A stretch of 64,000 nucleotides of DNA, taken from positions 2,199 through 66,198 of IMG/VR virus record IMGVR_UViG_3300026260_000002. One strand, 5' to 3'. The DNA is from a virus (Duplodnaviria > Caudoviricetes). The position numbers and the translations under genes were made by a program. The notes under the pieces were generated by a model. That model did no database searches and was not told where the DNA came from. It was given only the letters and a program-made list of their open reading frames with translations. Shown here one piece after another: positions 35,073 to 45,525 of this stretch (its first letter is position 1; the number at the start of each line of letters is the position of its first letter).

Positions 35073-36155
35073 TCAGAGACTGAGAGGATTGTCAACCGAC
35101 ACGTCAACGTCAGCATCAATCTTATCATACAATTCGATGAATGACTGCTTAGTCTCATCATCGAAACGGTTGAGGCAGACCTTGATTGCCTTCACACGGT
35201 CAGAGAAGATGCTGTAAGCACGGATGATGTGGACAAGGCGACGGGTGGAGACCACCTCATCGACACCACCATCCTTAAAAGTCTTACGGATGATGTCTGC
35301 CCATGCAACCAGATTCTTGATGTAGTCATCGTCACAGCACTGCAACTCAGCACAATAGTTGTTGAGCATCTTAGTCTCAATAGAAGGAGCAGGATACTCT
35401 TGCTCAAAGGTCACAGGGAAACGCTCAAGGAATGCTTCGTTGAGCACGTTGGTGCCGATGAAACGACCATCTTCGCTGCCTTTACCCTTAGTATTAGCAG
35501 TAGCAAAGACGTTGAAACCAGCAGCAGGAGACACCTGACGACCGATCTTCTTCAGGAAGACACCCTTACCTTCAAGGATAGACTGCAGACAGAGGATCTT
35601 GTTAGATGCAAGGTCGATCTCGTCAAGCAGCAGGATAGCACCACGCTCAAGTGCTTCGATCACGGGACCGTTGTGCCACACAGTCTCACCGTTGACGAGA
35701 CGGAAACCACCGATGAGGTCATCTTCATCAGTCTCAACAGTAATGTTTACGCGGATCAACTCACGTCCGAGTTGAGCGCAGGATTGCTCCACACCAAGGG
35801 TCTTACCGTTACCAGAGAGACCAGTGATGAATGTAGGGTAGAAGATCTTAGACTTGATGATCTTCTTGAGGTCAGTGGCATTACCAAAGGGCACATAGTT
35901 AGCATCCTTAAGGGGAATGAGTGACTCACTATGCTTCACGACAGTCTCAAGTTGTTGCTTGACTTCTTGCACAGAGAGATTCCACTTGCCGATACCAGAC
36001 TTGTGGTCCTTGAGGCGCTTCTTGACAGTAGCGAAGGAGCAAGAGAAATGCTCAGCAGCACCAAGTAATTCTGTGGTCCCAACTTGCTCGCCATGCTTTG
36101 ATATGAGGTAGTTAACGATATGATCAGTGGTCACTGGGTGTGCTGCGAATGGCAT
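35073..36155 (-). CDS. cobS: CobS-like MoxR AAA+ ATPase
   Basis: GLSGNGKT, LLLDEID, ATANTKG, LNEAFLERF. Confidence 0.9.
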   Translation of the reverse strand: MPFAAHPVTTDHIVNYLISKHGEQVGTTELLGAAEHFSCSFATVKKRLKDHKSGIGKWNLSVQEVKQQLETVVKHSESLIPLKDANYVPFGNATDLKKIIKSKIFYPTFITGLSGNGKTLGVEQSCAQLGRELIRVNITVETDEDDLIGGFRLVNGETVWHNGPVIEALERGAILLLDEIDLASNKILCLQSILEGKGVFLKKIGRQVSPAAGFNVFATANTKGKGSEDGRFIGTNVLNEAFLERFPVTFEQEYPAPSIETKMLNNYCAELQCCDDDYIKNLVAWADIIRKTFKDGGVDEVVSTRRLVHIIRAYSIFSDRVKAIKVCLNRFDDETKQSFIELYDKIDADVDVSVDNPLSL

Positions 36156-36181
36156 GTGTTTCTTTGTTGTGTATACAGTTA

Positions 36182-36718
36182 TTATACACGGGTGAGGGGG
36201 GAATGGTAGTCTACCCATGACGGTTTCCTATCTGGCACACGCAGGTAGTTGGATGCCACCCATGGTTTGCTTGCCACATACCGTCTATATGCTTCGATAG
36301 TAGAGATACTATCATCATACTTAAACTCGTCTGGCATAGCACGAGCGAATGGCGTGTGCTGGTCAGGACAACCATACTGATACGTCAGACCAGCAACTAC
36401 AAGTGTTGATTGACAGGAGTGTCTTTTACCGTATCTATATGTATACTCTTCACACAGAGAAATACCATGCTGCAGTAACCACTGGATATTGTGGTCAGAC
36501 TCTGCTACCCACTTAGTGCAAGGGTGATTACGAAATGCACCCTTCTCTGTAGCATAAGGAGTCCCATCCTTCTTCAGGACAGGACCCTCATTGAGATACC
36601 ACTTACTGAATACAACAGCGAGCATTTGGCAACACTCTAGTGGCATCTTAACGATGTGTTTGTCTGGCAGACAACATGCTGCCAGGACAGGATCATCATC
36701 TACTGCAAATACATTCAT
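36182..36718 (-). CDS. pyrimidine-dimer DNA glycosylase-like (DenV-related family)
   Basis: MNVF...DKHIVKMPLE..QML, HPCTKW, EYTYRYGK.H. Confidence 0.75.
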   Translation of the reverse strand: MNVFAVDDDPVLAACCLPDKHIVKMPLECCQMLAVVFSKWYLNEGPVLKKDGTPYATEKGAFRNHPCTKWVAESDHNIQWLLQHGISLCEEYTYRYGKRHSCQSTLVVAGLTYQYGCPDQHTPFARAMPDEFKYDDSISTIEAYRRYVASKPWVASNYLRVPDRKPSWVDYHSPLTRV

Positions 36719-38832
36719 GCAATTTGATTGATAAAGGACGAGAGGATCTTTTTGTTGTTGGACTTTGCCTTAAGGGTCTTCTTGAAGGCACGAGTAATCT
36801 GTGCCTTGGATGCATCCTCCTCTACATCAAACTCTACCTCCTCATTCAACTTGTTACTTTGAATTAGAAACAATTCTTGATAACCCATGATTGGAGCAGA
36901 GATTGACTTAAACTTCTTGAATACATCAGCAGCAGTCTTTCTCTCCTTTTGAGTAAGAGAGTTGAAGTTTTGGATGATGTAACCAATGTCACGGGCATTA
37001 CCAAGACGGAAACCTGTGAAGTTACACTGTGGGAAACGACCTTTCATGTAACGCAAGATGGTTTCAGTCATGTAATTACCCCACTGAGGTGCCGTATAAG
37101 TACGACCAGTCTTACGGCAACGGATAGCGGCGTTGTATGGCATTCCAGAGCGATGGATCTTATCGTCGTATGAAGACTTGACCCAGCATCCAGACCAGTT
37201 GCTCTCACCATCAGACAGGACACTAACGTGACACTTCTCAACACCATACTTAGCAGTAAATGCAGGGATCAGAGTCTGAAGACACAAGAGTGCCTCATTT
37301 AGAGGAGTGCCAGCGAGCATAAGGTGACTAGGCATAGCATCAGGCACTGGACGTGAATGGAAGGGATGAAGGTTGCCGTAGCGTTGCTCATACATCTGAG
37401 TCACACGGAAGAGATTCCTAGCATATCTATCAAAAACACTGTTGTTTAGGTCACCGTTAAGGAATTCTACAAGGTGGAAGCGACTACCAATATAGAAGTC
37501 ACCTTCCTTTCCAACAACCTCCTCATAGTTACGAAATTCTGCGTATGAAGCATCATTTACGAAGGCATATACACTGAATGGGATGCCAGACTTGCGACAG
37601 AAGAAACAAAGTGACAGCAGTTGCTTGAAAGTATCGTGGAGAATTTCTGCCATGGACCCTGACCAGTCCATGAGGAAGATCAGACCATGATTTTTACCGT
37701 CAGGAGTGACTGTAACCTTCCTAAAGAGGTCTTCATTGTAAAGATACTGATGGAGTTTAGCAGTGTCAAGCACACCAGTCTTAGAGATAGATTGGCGAGC
37801 ATGTGCTGCTGCAGATTTCTTCATCTCAAACTCTTTCTGAAGATATGACACCTCACGGGTGCAATCTTTCTTGAAATTCTGGTAATTTTGATCTGCAGTA
37901 GAGAAGTCAAGTATGCTGTCTGGGAATCCAGTTTGGGTCCATGAAGACCAGTAATCCTCAGACATAGTATTGACCATTTTAGGGTCAATAATGACGTGTT
38001 TTAGGTTAACATCAGGGACCTCAAGATACCTAGTCTCGTTGCTACTGTTTTGACTTGCGATGTCCTGCAGTGCTTCCTCAAGAGACTCAACAGTCGATGC
38101 CTCTTCACCACCATTGCGAGTGAATGAGGGTGTATCAAGGTCAGGATCTTGCTTGGATTCTTTATCACCTTCTTGCTCGTCACCCTCATCACCTTCAGAT
38201 GAAGGTTGCTCATCTTGTGCCTCTTGCTCGTCGCTACCACCACCAGAATTGTTGTCTAATTGTGGAAGATTATCAAGTTTTTGCGGATATACTTCTACTT
38301 TTTCAAACTCTTTGATAGCGACAGCAGCAGCGATAGCATCCTCAAAAGTCTCTGCATCACCAACTGCATCACGAAGAGGCAACTCCTCATCAGAGAAGGG
38401 GAGGAAGTGATTTGCACCCAGTTTATAGTAAAGATTGATGCGGTCAATCAGTTTGAGACTGTCAGCATTGATGTCCTTGACAGAGAAGAAGTCATCTTCG
38501 TGAAGTTGCTTGTATCCACCGTAGAAATCCTTGGCAATACCTGCAAATTTACGTTTCATCAGTTTCTCAATGCGAGCATCCTCGGTCACATTAACATAAG
38601 ACTTAGGGCAAGGAAGATCGTCTAGAAGGTCACCGTCTGGGGTGAAGAGAGCGTGTCCCACTTCATGCGCTACCAGCAAGTTGGAGACAATTTCCTTAGC
38701 ATTCCAGATAGGGAGGATCAAGACGCGCTTATTCACGTCAAAGGATGCTGTGCTGACTACTCTGTGCTCAACAGTGAGGTTTTCAGCGGCGAGTAGTTTG
38801 GCGAGGGTGCCTTTTACTTCTTGTACGGTCAT
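36715..38832 (-). CDS. CobT-like peptidase/VWA-domain protein
   Basis: HEVGH, VTEDARIE, acidic linker, MIDAS DWSGS, GTPLNE, LSDGES. Confidence 0.8.
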   Translation of the reverse strand: MTVQEVKGTLAKLLAAENLTVEHRVVSTASFDVNKRVLILPIWNAKEIVSNLLVAHEVGHALFTPDGDLLDDLPCPKSYVNVTEDARIEKLMKRKFAGIAKDFYGGYKQLHEDDFFSVKDINADSLKLIDRINLYYKLGANHFLPFSDEELPLRDAVGDAETFEDAIAAAVAIKEFEKVEVYPQKLDNLPQLDNNSGGGSDEQEAQDEQPSSEGDEGDEQEGDKESKQDPDLDTPSFTRNGGEEASTVESLEEALQDIASQNSSNETRYLEVPDVNLKHVIIDPKMVNTMSEDYWSSWTQTGFPDSILDFSTADQNYQNFKKDCTREVSYLQKEFEMKKSAAAHARQSISKTGVLDTAKLHQYLYNEDLFRKVTVTPDGKNHGLIFLMDWSGSMAEILHDTFKQLLSLCFFCRKSGIPFSVYAFVNDASYAEFRNYEEVVGKEGDFYIGSRFHLVEFLNGDLNNSVFDRYARNLFRVTQMYEQRYGNLHPFHSRPVPDAMPSHLMLAGTPLNEALLCLQTLIPAFTAKYGVEKCHVSVLSDGESNWSGCWVKSSYDDKIHRSGMPYNAAIRCRKTGRTYTAPQWGNYMTETILRYMKGRFPQCNFTGFRLGNARDIGYIIQNFNSLTQKERKTAADVFKKFKSISAPIMGYQELFLIQSNKLNEEVEFDVEEDASKAQITRAFKKTLKAKSNNKKILSSFINQIA

Positions 38833-38897
38833 GCTTTATTTGTGTATGCATCTATTATACACAGACACACGGTCCCCGAAAGGGGGAAGGTGCCACT

Positions 38898-40613
38898 TTA
38901 TAGACTGTCCTGCTTCATGGTTGAGAAATCACCCACCTTGTCAAAGGTGACCACAGTATCAAACTTGTCCAGAAGGATGTCGCCCTTGTGACTGATCACA
39001 AATAGGTTGGTCCTGTCGTCCATACCCTTCAGAATCTTCATCAATTCGTCTGTAGCAGCAGTATCAAGAGAAGAATCGAATACCTCGTCAAGGATGAGGA
39101 GATTGGTCGATGCAGAGTTTTTCATCTTAGCAATGTCACGCCAGCAAAACAGCAAAGATAGGTCAATTTTCTGCTTTTCACCCTCTGAAAACGATGCATA
39201 AGAGAATACATCACGGTAACGAGACTTGATGACTTCATTGAATTCTTCGTCCAGTGTAAAATTGACAAAGAAGTCCATGCACTGTAGATATTTATTGATC
39301 AAACTGTTAAAAATAGGCACAAATTTGCTGATAACCTTGCTCTTAATACCACTGTCTCTGAGTAGAGTAGAAACAACTTTCAAGTTGTCAAACTCCTTAC
39401 TGACACCAGCACAACACTCTACATTTTCAGCAAATTCTACCTCATATTCGTCTAATTTTACCCTCTCTGCATCAATATCTGGGGTCTCTTTGTTGCACTC
39501 GGCCATGATGTCTTCATTATCCTTAAGCAGTCGCTTGATCTGCCTATCAATGCTCAGATTATCGCTCTGGAATTCAATAATTGACAGACCATAACCCTTC
39601 AGATCACGTAGTTTATCATAGAGAAGACTGATCTGCTCATCGATCATTTTGTAACCTTCTTTGTACTTGTCACGACGTGACTCAGCATCCACAAGTTGAC
39701 GATGTTTGTGCTCTTCTTCTAGGGTTTGACTGCATGTTGGACACTTATCATGCTTGGTATAAAACTTATGATCTTTCTCTGCCTTGTTTTTATTCTGCTC
39801 GATCTTAGATCGCATGTCACGGAGACTATCATACTTCTCCTGCACGTCGGCCTGGTTACTAACACTATGTGCTAGCACACTCATGGAGTGATCATTCTCC
39901 TTCTTGCGTGTATTCAGGTTGACAATGCCATCTTCGTTAGTAGTAAACTTGTTTTGTAGTTTTTGAATCATTCCTTCCTGCAACTCAGTGAGTTTGTGGA
40001 TGGATGCACGTTGGTGATTTAATTTTGTCTCACAAATCTCCAGCGTGTGCTTACATGATGTGAAATTATCCTTATTATCCTTAACTCTATCCTTTAAGAT
40101 AGTATTCATCTTAGAAAAGATTTTGATATCCAGCAGGTCTTCGACTACCTCTCTCCTATGTGTAGCAGGAAGTTGCATGAAAGGCACAAATGTACTGCTA
40201 CCTAGTATAACAACCTGAGTAAATGACTTATAGTTAAACTTGAGAATACTTTGCTCAAGATATTTTTGGTAGTCTTTGTTTGCAGCGGTCTGATCAAGGA
40301 GTTGTCCGTTTCTATTGACCTTAAATACGTTGGGTTTGATGCCTCTGATGACATGGTAATTTACTTTACCAATAGAAAACTCAACCTCTACAACGCACTC
40401 TTTCTCATTGACACTGTTGACCAATTGAGACTTGCTAATTTTACGGAAAGGTTTATTAAACAGCACAAAGCACAGGGCATCCAGCATAGTGCTTTTGCCC
40501 GCCCCATTTGACCCAATAACAAGCTGTGATTTGGACTCGTTGAGAGTCATTTCTGTAAACTGGTTGCCGGTACTTAAGAAATTCCGCCACCTAATTTTCT
40601 CAAATACGATCAT
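38898..40613 (-). CDS. gp46: recombination ATPase (SbcC/Rad50-like)
   Basis: GSNGAGKS, CPTC zinc hook, FSEGEK, LDEVFD. Confidence 0.96.
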   Translation of the reverse strand: MIVFEKIRWRNFLSTGNQFTEMTLNESKSQLVIGSNGAGKSTMLDALCFVLFNKPFRKISKSQLVNSVNEKECVVEVEFSIGKVNYHVIRGIKPNVFKVNRNGQLLDQTAANKDYQKYLEQSILKFNYKSFTQVVILGSSTFVPFMQLPATHRREVVEDLLDIKIFSKMNTILKDRVKDNKDNFTSCKHTLEICETKLNHQRASIHKLTELQEGMIQKLQNKFTTNEDGIVNLNTRKKENDHSMSVLAHSVSNQADVQEKYDSLRDMRSKIEQNKNKAEKDHKFYTKHDKCPTCSQTLEEEHKHRQLVDAESRRDKYKEGYKMIDEQISLLYDKLRDLKGYGLSIIEFQSDNLSIDRQIKRLLKDNEDIMAECNKETPDIDAERVKLDEYEVEFAENVECCAGVSKEFDNLKVVSTLLRDSGIKSKVISKFVPIFNSLINKYLQCMDFFVNFTLDEEFNEVIKSRYRDVFSYASFSEGEKQKIDLSLLFCWRDIAKMKNSASTNLLILDEVFDSSLDTAATDELMKILKGMDDRTNLFVISHKGDILLDKFDTVVTFDKVGDFSTMKQDSL

Positions 40614-40879
40614 TCTTGTGTGGGCGGAATAACAAATTTATCAGCATCAATAATGGTAAAACGATACCCGTATTGACGACAGTTTTCTTTGACAGTATCT
40701 TCATCTACCTCTGTGACGGAGAGATCACGGGGGTATTCGTCTGCCTTCAACAATATATAATAGCGTACTGCGTCATCCTTGTCAACAAACAACTGGACGA
40801 CACGCTCGACTGCATCATCGGCTCTAATATCCCTAACAGCATAGACTCCACCTGATTTATTGTCAGTCAGGACAAACAT
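40610..40879 (-). CDS. DUF3110-like protein
   Basis: GGVYAV...VQLFVDKDDAVRY..LL.A, VIPP. Confidence 0.6.
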   Translation of the reverse strand: MFVLTDNKSGGVYAVRDIRADDAVERVVQLFVDKDDAVRYYILLKADEYPRDLSVTEVDEDTVKENCRQYGYRFTIIDADKFVIPPTQE

Positions 40880-41904
40880 TAGACCTCCAACGCTTCCACA
40901 TATAGGGATTTTAAGATACCAAAGATCTCATCGTGATTTTTATACTCCGAGACGCATGATTCTAGGATAGAAAGAGTGTCTTCAACCTCAATCTCTTCAT
41001 CAATTTCACCTAACTCCTCAGTCATGTCTTCAACAATCTTTAAGTCTGCTAGGTCAACCTGCTGAAGTTTCCTTACACATCGATCAAACTTAACTTGATC
41101 CTTATCATCTCCCACAATTAGTTTAACGTATGTCCCTTCCAACTGTGGGAAAGTAGAAACGTCAATATCATCTTTGTAGTAGACTTTATTGAATGTGTTG
41201 TATGGATTTGTAATGAATTCCATCGACAAATCCTCTGTATTTAGGACGTGAAACCCACGATCATACCCATAGTCATTCCAATACAGTTGATAAGGATTAC
41301 CCAGATACTGGATGGGACCCTGCTTACTCTTCATATGAAAGTGACCAGAGCATGTCAGGTCAAACTTCTCGAAGGGAGAGCGATCAATACCATGATCCAT
41401 CTTGAAACCAGGGATAACCTCAAACCCATTCAACTCAAGGTGCCCTAAACACACTCGTGCCTTGGATGCTTTCACCTTTTTCATGGCATGATCCTGATTT
41501 TCAGGACAGATCCATGGGAGAAGAAGGAAGTTTGTCTTACCAAACTTCTTGGAGGTAGGTTCTGTAATGATCTCGATGTTGTTGTAGTCACCCAGAAGCA
41601 ACTCAGGTGCATTCACCTTGAGAGTATTCTTGTAGTAGATGTCATGATTACCGAGGAGCATGGACATACGGATGCCACGCTCTGCCAGTGGATCAAACCA
41701 CATCTTTCTTGCTGCTTCTAGTGAATTAAAATTCACATACTTCCGACGATCAAAGGTATCACCTAGGCACAAGACCTGAGTAATACCTTCTTTGTCGATG
41801 TAGGGTAGGACTACATTTTCATAAAATTTCTGATACAGTTTGGTGTAAAAAGAATTGTCATTCCTAACACCAAAGTGCTGATCAGATATCAGTAGTAGTT
41901 TCAT
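40879..41904 (-). CDS. gp47: recombination nuclease (SbcD/Mre11-like)
   Basis: SDQHFG, LGDTFDRR, GNHD, GHLE, SGHFH. Confidence 0.96.
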   Translation of the reverse strand: MKLLLISDQHFGVRNDNSFYTKLYQKFYENVVLPYIDKEGITQVLCLGDTFDRRKYVNFNSLEAARKMWFDPLAERGIRMSMLLGNHDIYYKNTLKVNAPELLLGDYNNIEIITEPTSKKFGKTNFLLLPWICPENQDHAMKKVKASKARVCLGHLELNGFEVIPGFKMDHGIDRSPFEKFDLTCSGHFHMKSKQGPIQYLGNPYQLYWNDYGYDRGFHVLNTEDLSMEFITNPYNTFNKVYYKDDIDVSTFPQLEGTYVKLIVGDDKDQVKFDRCVRKLQQVDLADLKIVEDMTEELGEIDEEIEVEDTLSILESCVSEYKNHDEIFGILKSLYVEALEV

Positions 41905-42025
41905 CCCTCTTACCATTCTCTCGTTCACGAAGGCGACGACGCCAATAACCACGGTCGTTTTTATCAGTGCAAGGGTTGTCACGCTCTTGAGTGTCATGCA
42001 ACTCTTTATTTCCGTCTTGTGCCAT
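41882..42025 (-). CDS. hypothetical 47-aa protein
   Basis: MAQDGNKELHD...DRGYWRRRLRERE; fills the gap between genes; not in ORF track. Confidence 0.45.
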   Translation of the reverse strand: MAQDGNKELHDTQERDNPCTDKNDRGYWRRRLRERENGKRDETTTDI

Positions 42026-42026
42026 C

Positions 42027-42614
42027 TTAGTTGTAGTCGAAGTTTCCATTGAAATTAATAGAGATTGCTACCCGCTTTCCGATCGCAGGTTGTGTGCGAT
42101 GCCTCACCCAACCAGGAAACAAAAGGAAGTCACCTGTGGTGCATGGCATCGACTCAGATATTATAGCATCTCCTGCAGGTTTGGCAAGGGGGGTAAGGCG
42201 ACGGATGCAGTCCAGAGGGTCACAAAATTCAACGTCACCACCCTCACCCTTTTCCAAATAGAAGGCCGATGCGACATGTGCTTGGCGAATACCATCACTA
42301 TGGGAATGCTCTTTTGTGTAGTCACCATCTTCATGTAGGTTTGCCCATGATGAGACTGGTTCGATACTTGCCGGGGCATATTTCAGGTCTTTGTCCCAGT
42401 AATTAATTACATGAGGAATCATCTGACTTATAATCCAGTCAAACTCTTGGTATGCGTGTAGATCTAATGCTTGCTGACCAGTACTTAGTCCTGTCTCACC
42501 TGACCATACACCTCTATCACAATAACTCCACATGTCTTGTAAGATATCCCACGTCTGTTTGATTTCCTTTGGAGTGCCAAAGATATAACCTTTCTTAATT
42601 GGAATATCAAACAT
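42027..42614 (-). CDS. 2OG-Fe(II) oxygenase (TIGR02466-like)
   Basis: KEHSH, ASAFYL, FPGWVRH, RVAISIN. Confidence 0.85.
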   Translation of the reverse strand: MFDIPIKKGYIFGTPKEIKQTWDILQDMWSYCDRGVWSGETGLSTGQQALDLHAYQEFDWIISQMIPHVINYWDKDLKYAPASIEPVSSWANLHEDGDYTKEHSHSDGIRQAHVASAFYLEKGEGGDVEFCDPLDCIRRLTPLAKPAGDAIISESMPCTTGDFLLFPGWVRHRTQPAIGKRVAISINFNGNFDYN

Positions 42615-43090
42615 TAGTTTCGCATGTTAGTTTCGATACGACTCTTGATGGAATTCATATCAGCGTGATTGTCATTGTCATCTGAGTGGAAGACCTGATC
42701 GTAACCATTCTTCTCAATGAGTTTGTCACGGATGTCCATCTGACGCTTCTCTTTGGCGATACGTCTTAGGAATGCATAATATACAATTTGTGTAAAGTAT
42801 GCAAACGGATTCTTGCTCTTAGCAGGATCGAAGTTATCGATATATTGGACACAATTTTCCACACCATCGGAGACCATATCCTCCTTATACATGTAGTTAA
42901 TAAAATTAGGTCTATACGACAGGTGGGTAGCAATCTTCAAGAAGCATTCACCTAGGTAATGAGTAATCCTAGGTTTCTCTTTATCTTGTATCTTGGCAAT
43001 CTCAACTGCTTCTCGGTACTTAACGATCTCCACAAGAAACTTTTTATTGTCAACGTAATGTTGTTTTTTCTTAGGAGGCATTATAGTCAT
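42614..43090 (-). CDS. gp55: late-transcription sigma factor
   Basis: HYVDNKKF, KIATHLS..PNF..Y.Y.EDM.SDG, NPFAYFTQ. Confidence 0.96.
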   Translation of the reverse strand: MTIMPPKKKQHYVDNKKFLVEIVKYREAVEIAKIQDKEKPRITHYLGECFLKIATHLSYRPNFINYMYKEDMVSDGVENCVQYIDNFDPAKSKNPFAYFTQIVYYAFLRRIAKEKRQMDIRDKLIEKNGYDQVFHSDDNDNHADMNSIKSRIETNMRN

Positions 43091-43112
43091 ATTTAGTTTT
43101 GCTCACCAGATC

Positions 43113-43172
43113 ATTATAAAGGTTTGTATCCTAGAAGTCAAGCTTGACAACTCTAAGAATAATCATTATACT
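43113..43172. promoter_or_regulatory. back-to-back divergent sigma70 promoters
   Basis: minus: TTGACT(43141-36)-17-TATAAT(43118-13); plus: TTGACA(43144-49)-17-TATACT(43167-72). Confidence 0.7.
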
Positions 43173-43199
43173 CAACCATGTAAGGGTTGGAAACAAGTA

Positions 43200-43628
43200 C
43201 TACTTAGAATTCTTCCACTGCTCCTCTAGTTTCTTTCTCATCTCTGAGACTTTGCCGATTAGACCCATATTTTCATTCATGGGGACACCAGGATCTATAT
43301 CGTTTTCTGGTTTACCGTCTCTCCTCCACCACATTTTATACATCATGATTGCCTCAGAGGACATCGGGGCAATGGTCATGATATCTGGCTCTTGGATAAT
43401 ATAAAACTCTTCAGCTGACCAGAGCATCCACTTAGTAAATCCTACTACCATTCCCATCTCACCATCAGGTTTCTCTATAGGAGTGAGTGAAGGAGCCAAA
43501 GGGTCTGACACATATACCATTGTGCAATTATCTTCATTGGTGGCAATCATTGATCCCATTACCTCTTCACCAGATACTAACTTGACGATGCCATAGAATT
43601 CATTATCGTGACGGATGTAGTTAATCAT
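43200..43628 (-). CDS. hypothetical protein (Sm-like family candidate)
   Basis: YGIVKLVSGEEVMG. Confidence 0.75.
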   Translation of the reverse strand: MINYIRHDNEFYGIVKLVSGEEVMGSMIATNEDNCTMVYVSDPLAPSLTPIEKPDGEMGMVVGFTKWMLWSAEEFYIIQEPDIMTIAPMSSEAIMMYKMWWRRDGKPENDIDPGVPMNENMGLIGKVSEMRKKLEEQWKNSK

Positions 43629-45085
43629 TGTCGTAAATTTACCTTAGTGATCTCATAATCGAATTTCTCTTCCTCATAGATTTTCAATCTTTCGATGAGG
43701 TGACGGAGAGTATAATTATGCCTACTACCTCGGGAGCAGTCATCAGCAATGTCATACAACACTGCTTCTGCTTTGTTATCCCCCTTACGCAAGACACGTC
43801 CAATGGACTGGAGGTTTCTTACTCGTGATTTAGATGGACTCGCAAAGATTACATTATGTAGGTTGCGAATGTTGATGCCTGTAGAGAATGTGCCGTAAGA
43901 TGCAAGGATAATTGCATCCTTCTCCTGCTCACATATCTTGCGAGCCTCTTCTCTTTCAACAGCATCTACACCACCATGAATAAAGAAGATCTTCCGATCT
44001 TTGCTCACCTTAGTATTTAGCATCTCCCACAGAGGGTCACCGTGCTTCTCGATGTAGTTGAATAGGATGAGTGTATTGCCACCTATGTCTTCTGCTAGGT
44101 TACAGATTAGGTTATTTCTCTTGGGATGCGATACTATATAATCCATCTCTTGCTGATAGGAATCGAATGGCACATGACCATGCTGCAACAAAAGACATTT
44201 CACTTTCAGTGGAGTCAGCTGACCCTTCTTCATCAGGTCAACAGTGGTCGTCACCATGTCGCAACGCCCAAATAAACCTTCCAGCACAAGTTGATGACTG
44301 TACATCCCATCCAACGTGCCTGTCAGCCCGACTCTATACTTTGCGTCATGACACTTATTGAGAATACCTGACAGTGACTTTGCCTTGTAGAGATGTGCTT
44401 CATCACCAATGATTACATCAAACCTTTTAAAGAATTTCTTAGGTTCCTTGTAGATACTCTGCCATGTAGAGATGACAACAGGTGCTTCTACATACCTCTC
44501 CTGACCACCCATGATTTGATGGACATAATGATCTGCTTTCCACCCGTAGTCTTTGAAGTCTTGCGTTAACTGCGAGACTAGAGAGACTGTAGGCACAATG
44601 ATTAGGATCTCTCGTTTTGCTTTAAGATGCCATCGGACCAGACCATATATGATCAGCGATTTTCCAGATCCTGTAGGCGAGAGTAGTAACTTGCGACGCT
44701 GCTTAATTGCCGTGAAAAGTGCTCTGAGTTGGTAGTCGCGAATCTTAAATGGCAGTCCCAAAGATCTAACAAAATACGCCACTGATTCTGGTGATACATA
44801 CTCTTCTTCCTCATTTGGTATACCAAAGAATTTGCTATCTTTGATAGCATACTCATATCCTTTCTCTTCAAGATAGTCTGTTAGGTAATCATATAGACCG
44901 ACATAGATCTCCCCTGTGCCAGGAGAGTACAATCGAATCTTACCGTCCCATACTCTCTTCTTATACTGTGGCATGAATTTAGCACCAGGCACTTCAAACT
45001 GAAAGTGCTCGCTTAATTCTTTATGGATGTGTTGCTCGCCTTCTACTTTGAGAAAAACTTCATTTTTCTTTTCAATAGTGATCAT
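43625..45085 (-). CDS. uvsW: SF2 helicase
   Basis: RDYQ, SPTGSGKS, GDEAH, GLTGT, QSIGRVLR. Confidence 0.96.
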   Translation of the reverse strand: MITIEKKNEVFLKVEGEQHIHKELSEHFQFEVPGAKFMPQYKKRVWDGKIRLYSPGTGEIYVGLYDYLTDYLEEKGYEYAIKDSKFFGIPNEEEEYVSPESVAYFVRSLGLPFKIRDYQLRALFTAIKQRRKLLLSPTGSGKSLIIYGLVRWHLKAKREILIIVPTVSLVSQLTQDFKDYGWKADHYVHQIMGGQERYVEAPVVISTWQSIYKEPKKFFKRFDVIIGDEAHLYKAKSLSGILNKCHDAKYRVGLTGTLDGMYSHQLVLEGLFGRCDMVTTTVDLMKKGQLTPLKVKCLLLQHGHVPFDSYQQEMDYIVSHPKRNNLICNLAEDIGGNTLILFNYIEKHGDPLWEMLNTKVSKDRKIFFIHGGVDAVEREEARKICEQEKDAIILASYGTFSTGINIRNLHNVIFASPSKSRVRNLQSIGRVLRKGDNKAEAVLYDIADDCSRGSRHNYTLRHLIERLKIYEEEKFDYEITKVNLRQ

Positions 45086-45525
45086 CGGATTCCATAATAT
45101 TTCACAATTTCGATAGTATTCTTGATAGCAAATCCACGACTGTCGATCTGTTTAAGTATCCTATCAATAGAATTTATACAAGTTTCAAGATAGTCTATTT
45201 TTTGCTGTGCTTTAGTGAGGTCTGGGTCACTATCAATGTACACATGGAGGTCACCCTTGAGCACCTTAAGTGCAAAGGGTTTTTCTTTATAGACTGTGGC
45301 AGGTGCTTTACCTGAATAGTATTCAAACTTCTCACGCAACAATACCTTGCGCTTTACCTCTGCTTCTGATAGCATGAGTTTGAATTGATTAATAAATTGC
45401 AAATACTTTGCATGGAGTCTGGGAGTTTCCATACTGTCATTTGCCAGTAACTCAGGCAACTCCCGGTGATCAAAGAATCTCTCAGAATCCTTTGCCCACA
45501 TCTCCTCAATTTTTTCTAGATTCAT
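45082..45525 (-). CDS. uvsY: recombination mediator
   Basis: LHAKY, YYSGK, RGFAIKN; position next to uvsW. Confidence 0.88.
   Translation of the reverse strand: MNLEKIEEMWAKDSERFFDHRELPELLANDSMETPRLHAKYLQFINQFKLMLSEAEVKRKVLLREKFEYYSGKAPATVYKEKPFALKVLKGDLHVYIDSDPDLTKAQQKIDYLETCINSIDRILKQIDSRGFAIKNTIEIVKYYGIR

Noticed and set aside
35073-36155. Cobalamin-biosynthesis auxiliary gene
   Set aside because: No cobN or other cob genes nearby; better explained as a MoxR-type ATPase with a VWA partner.
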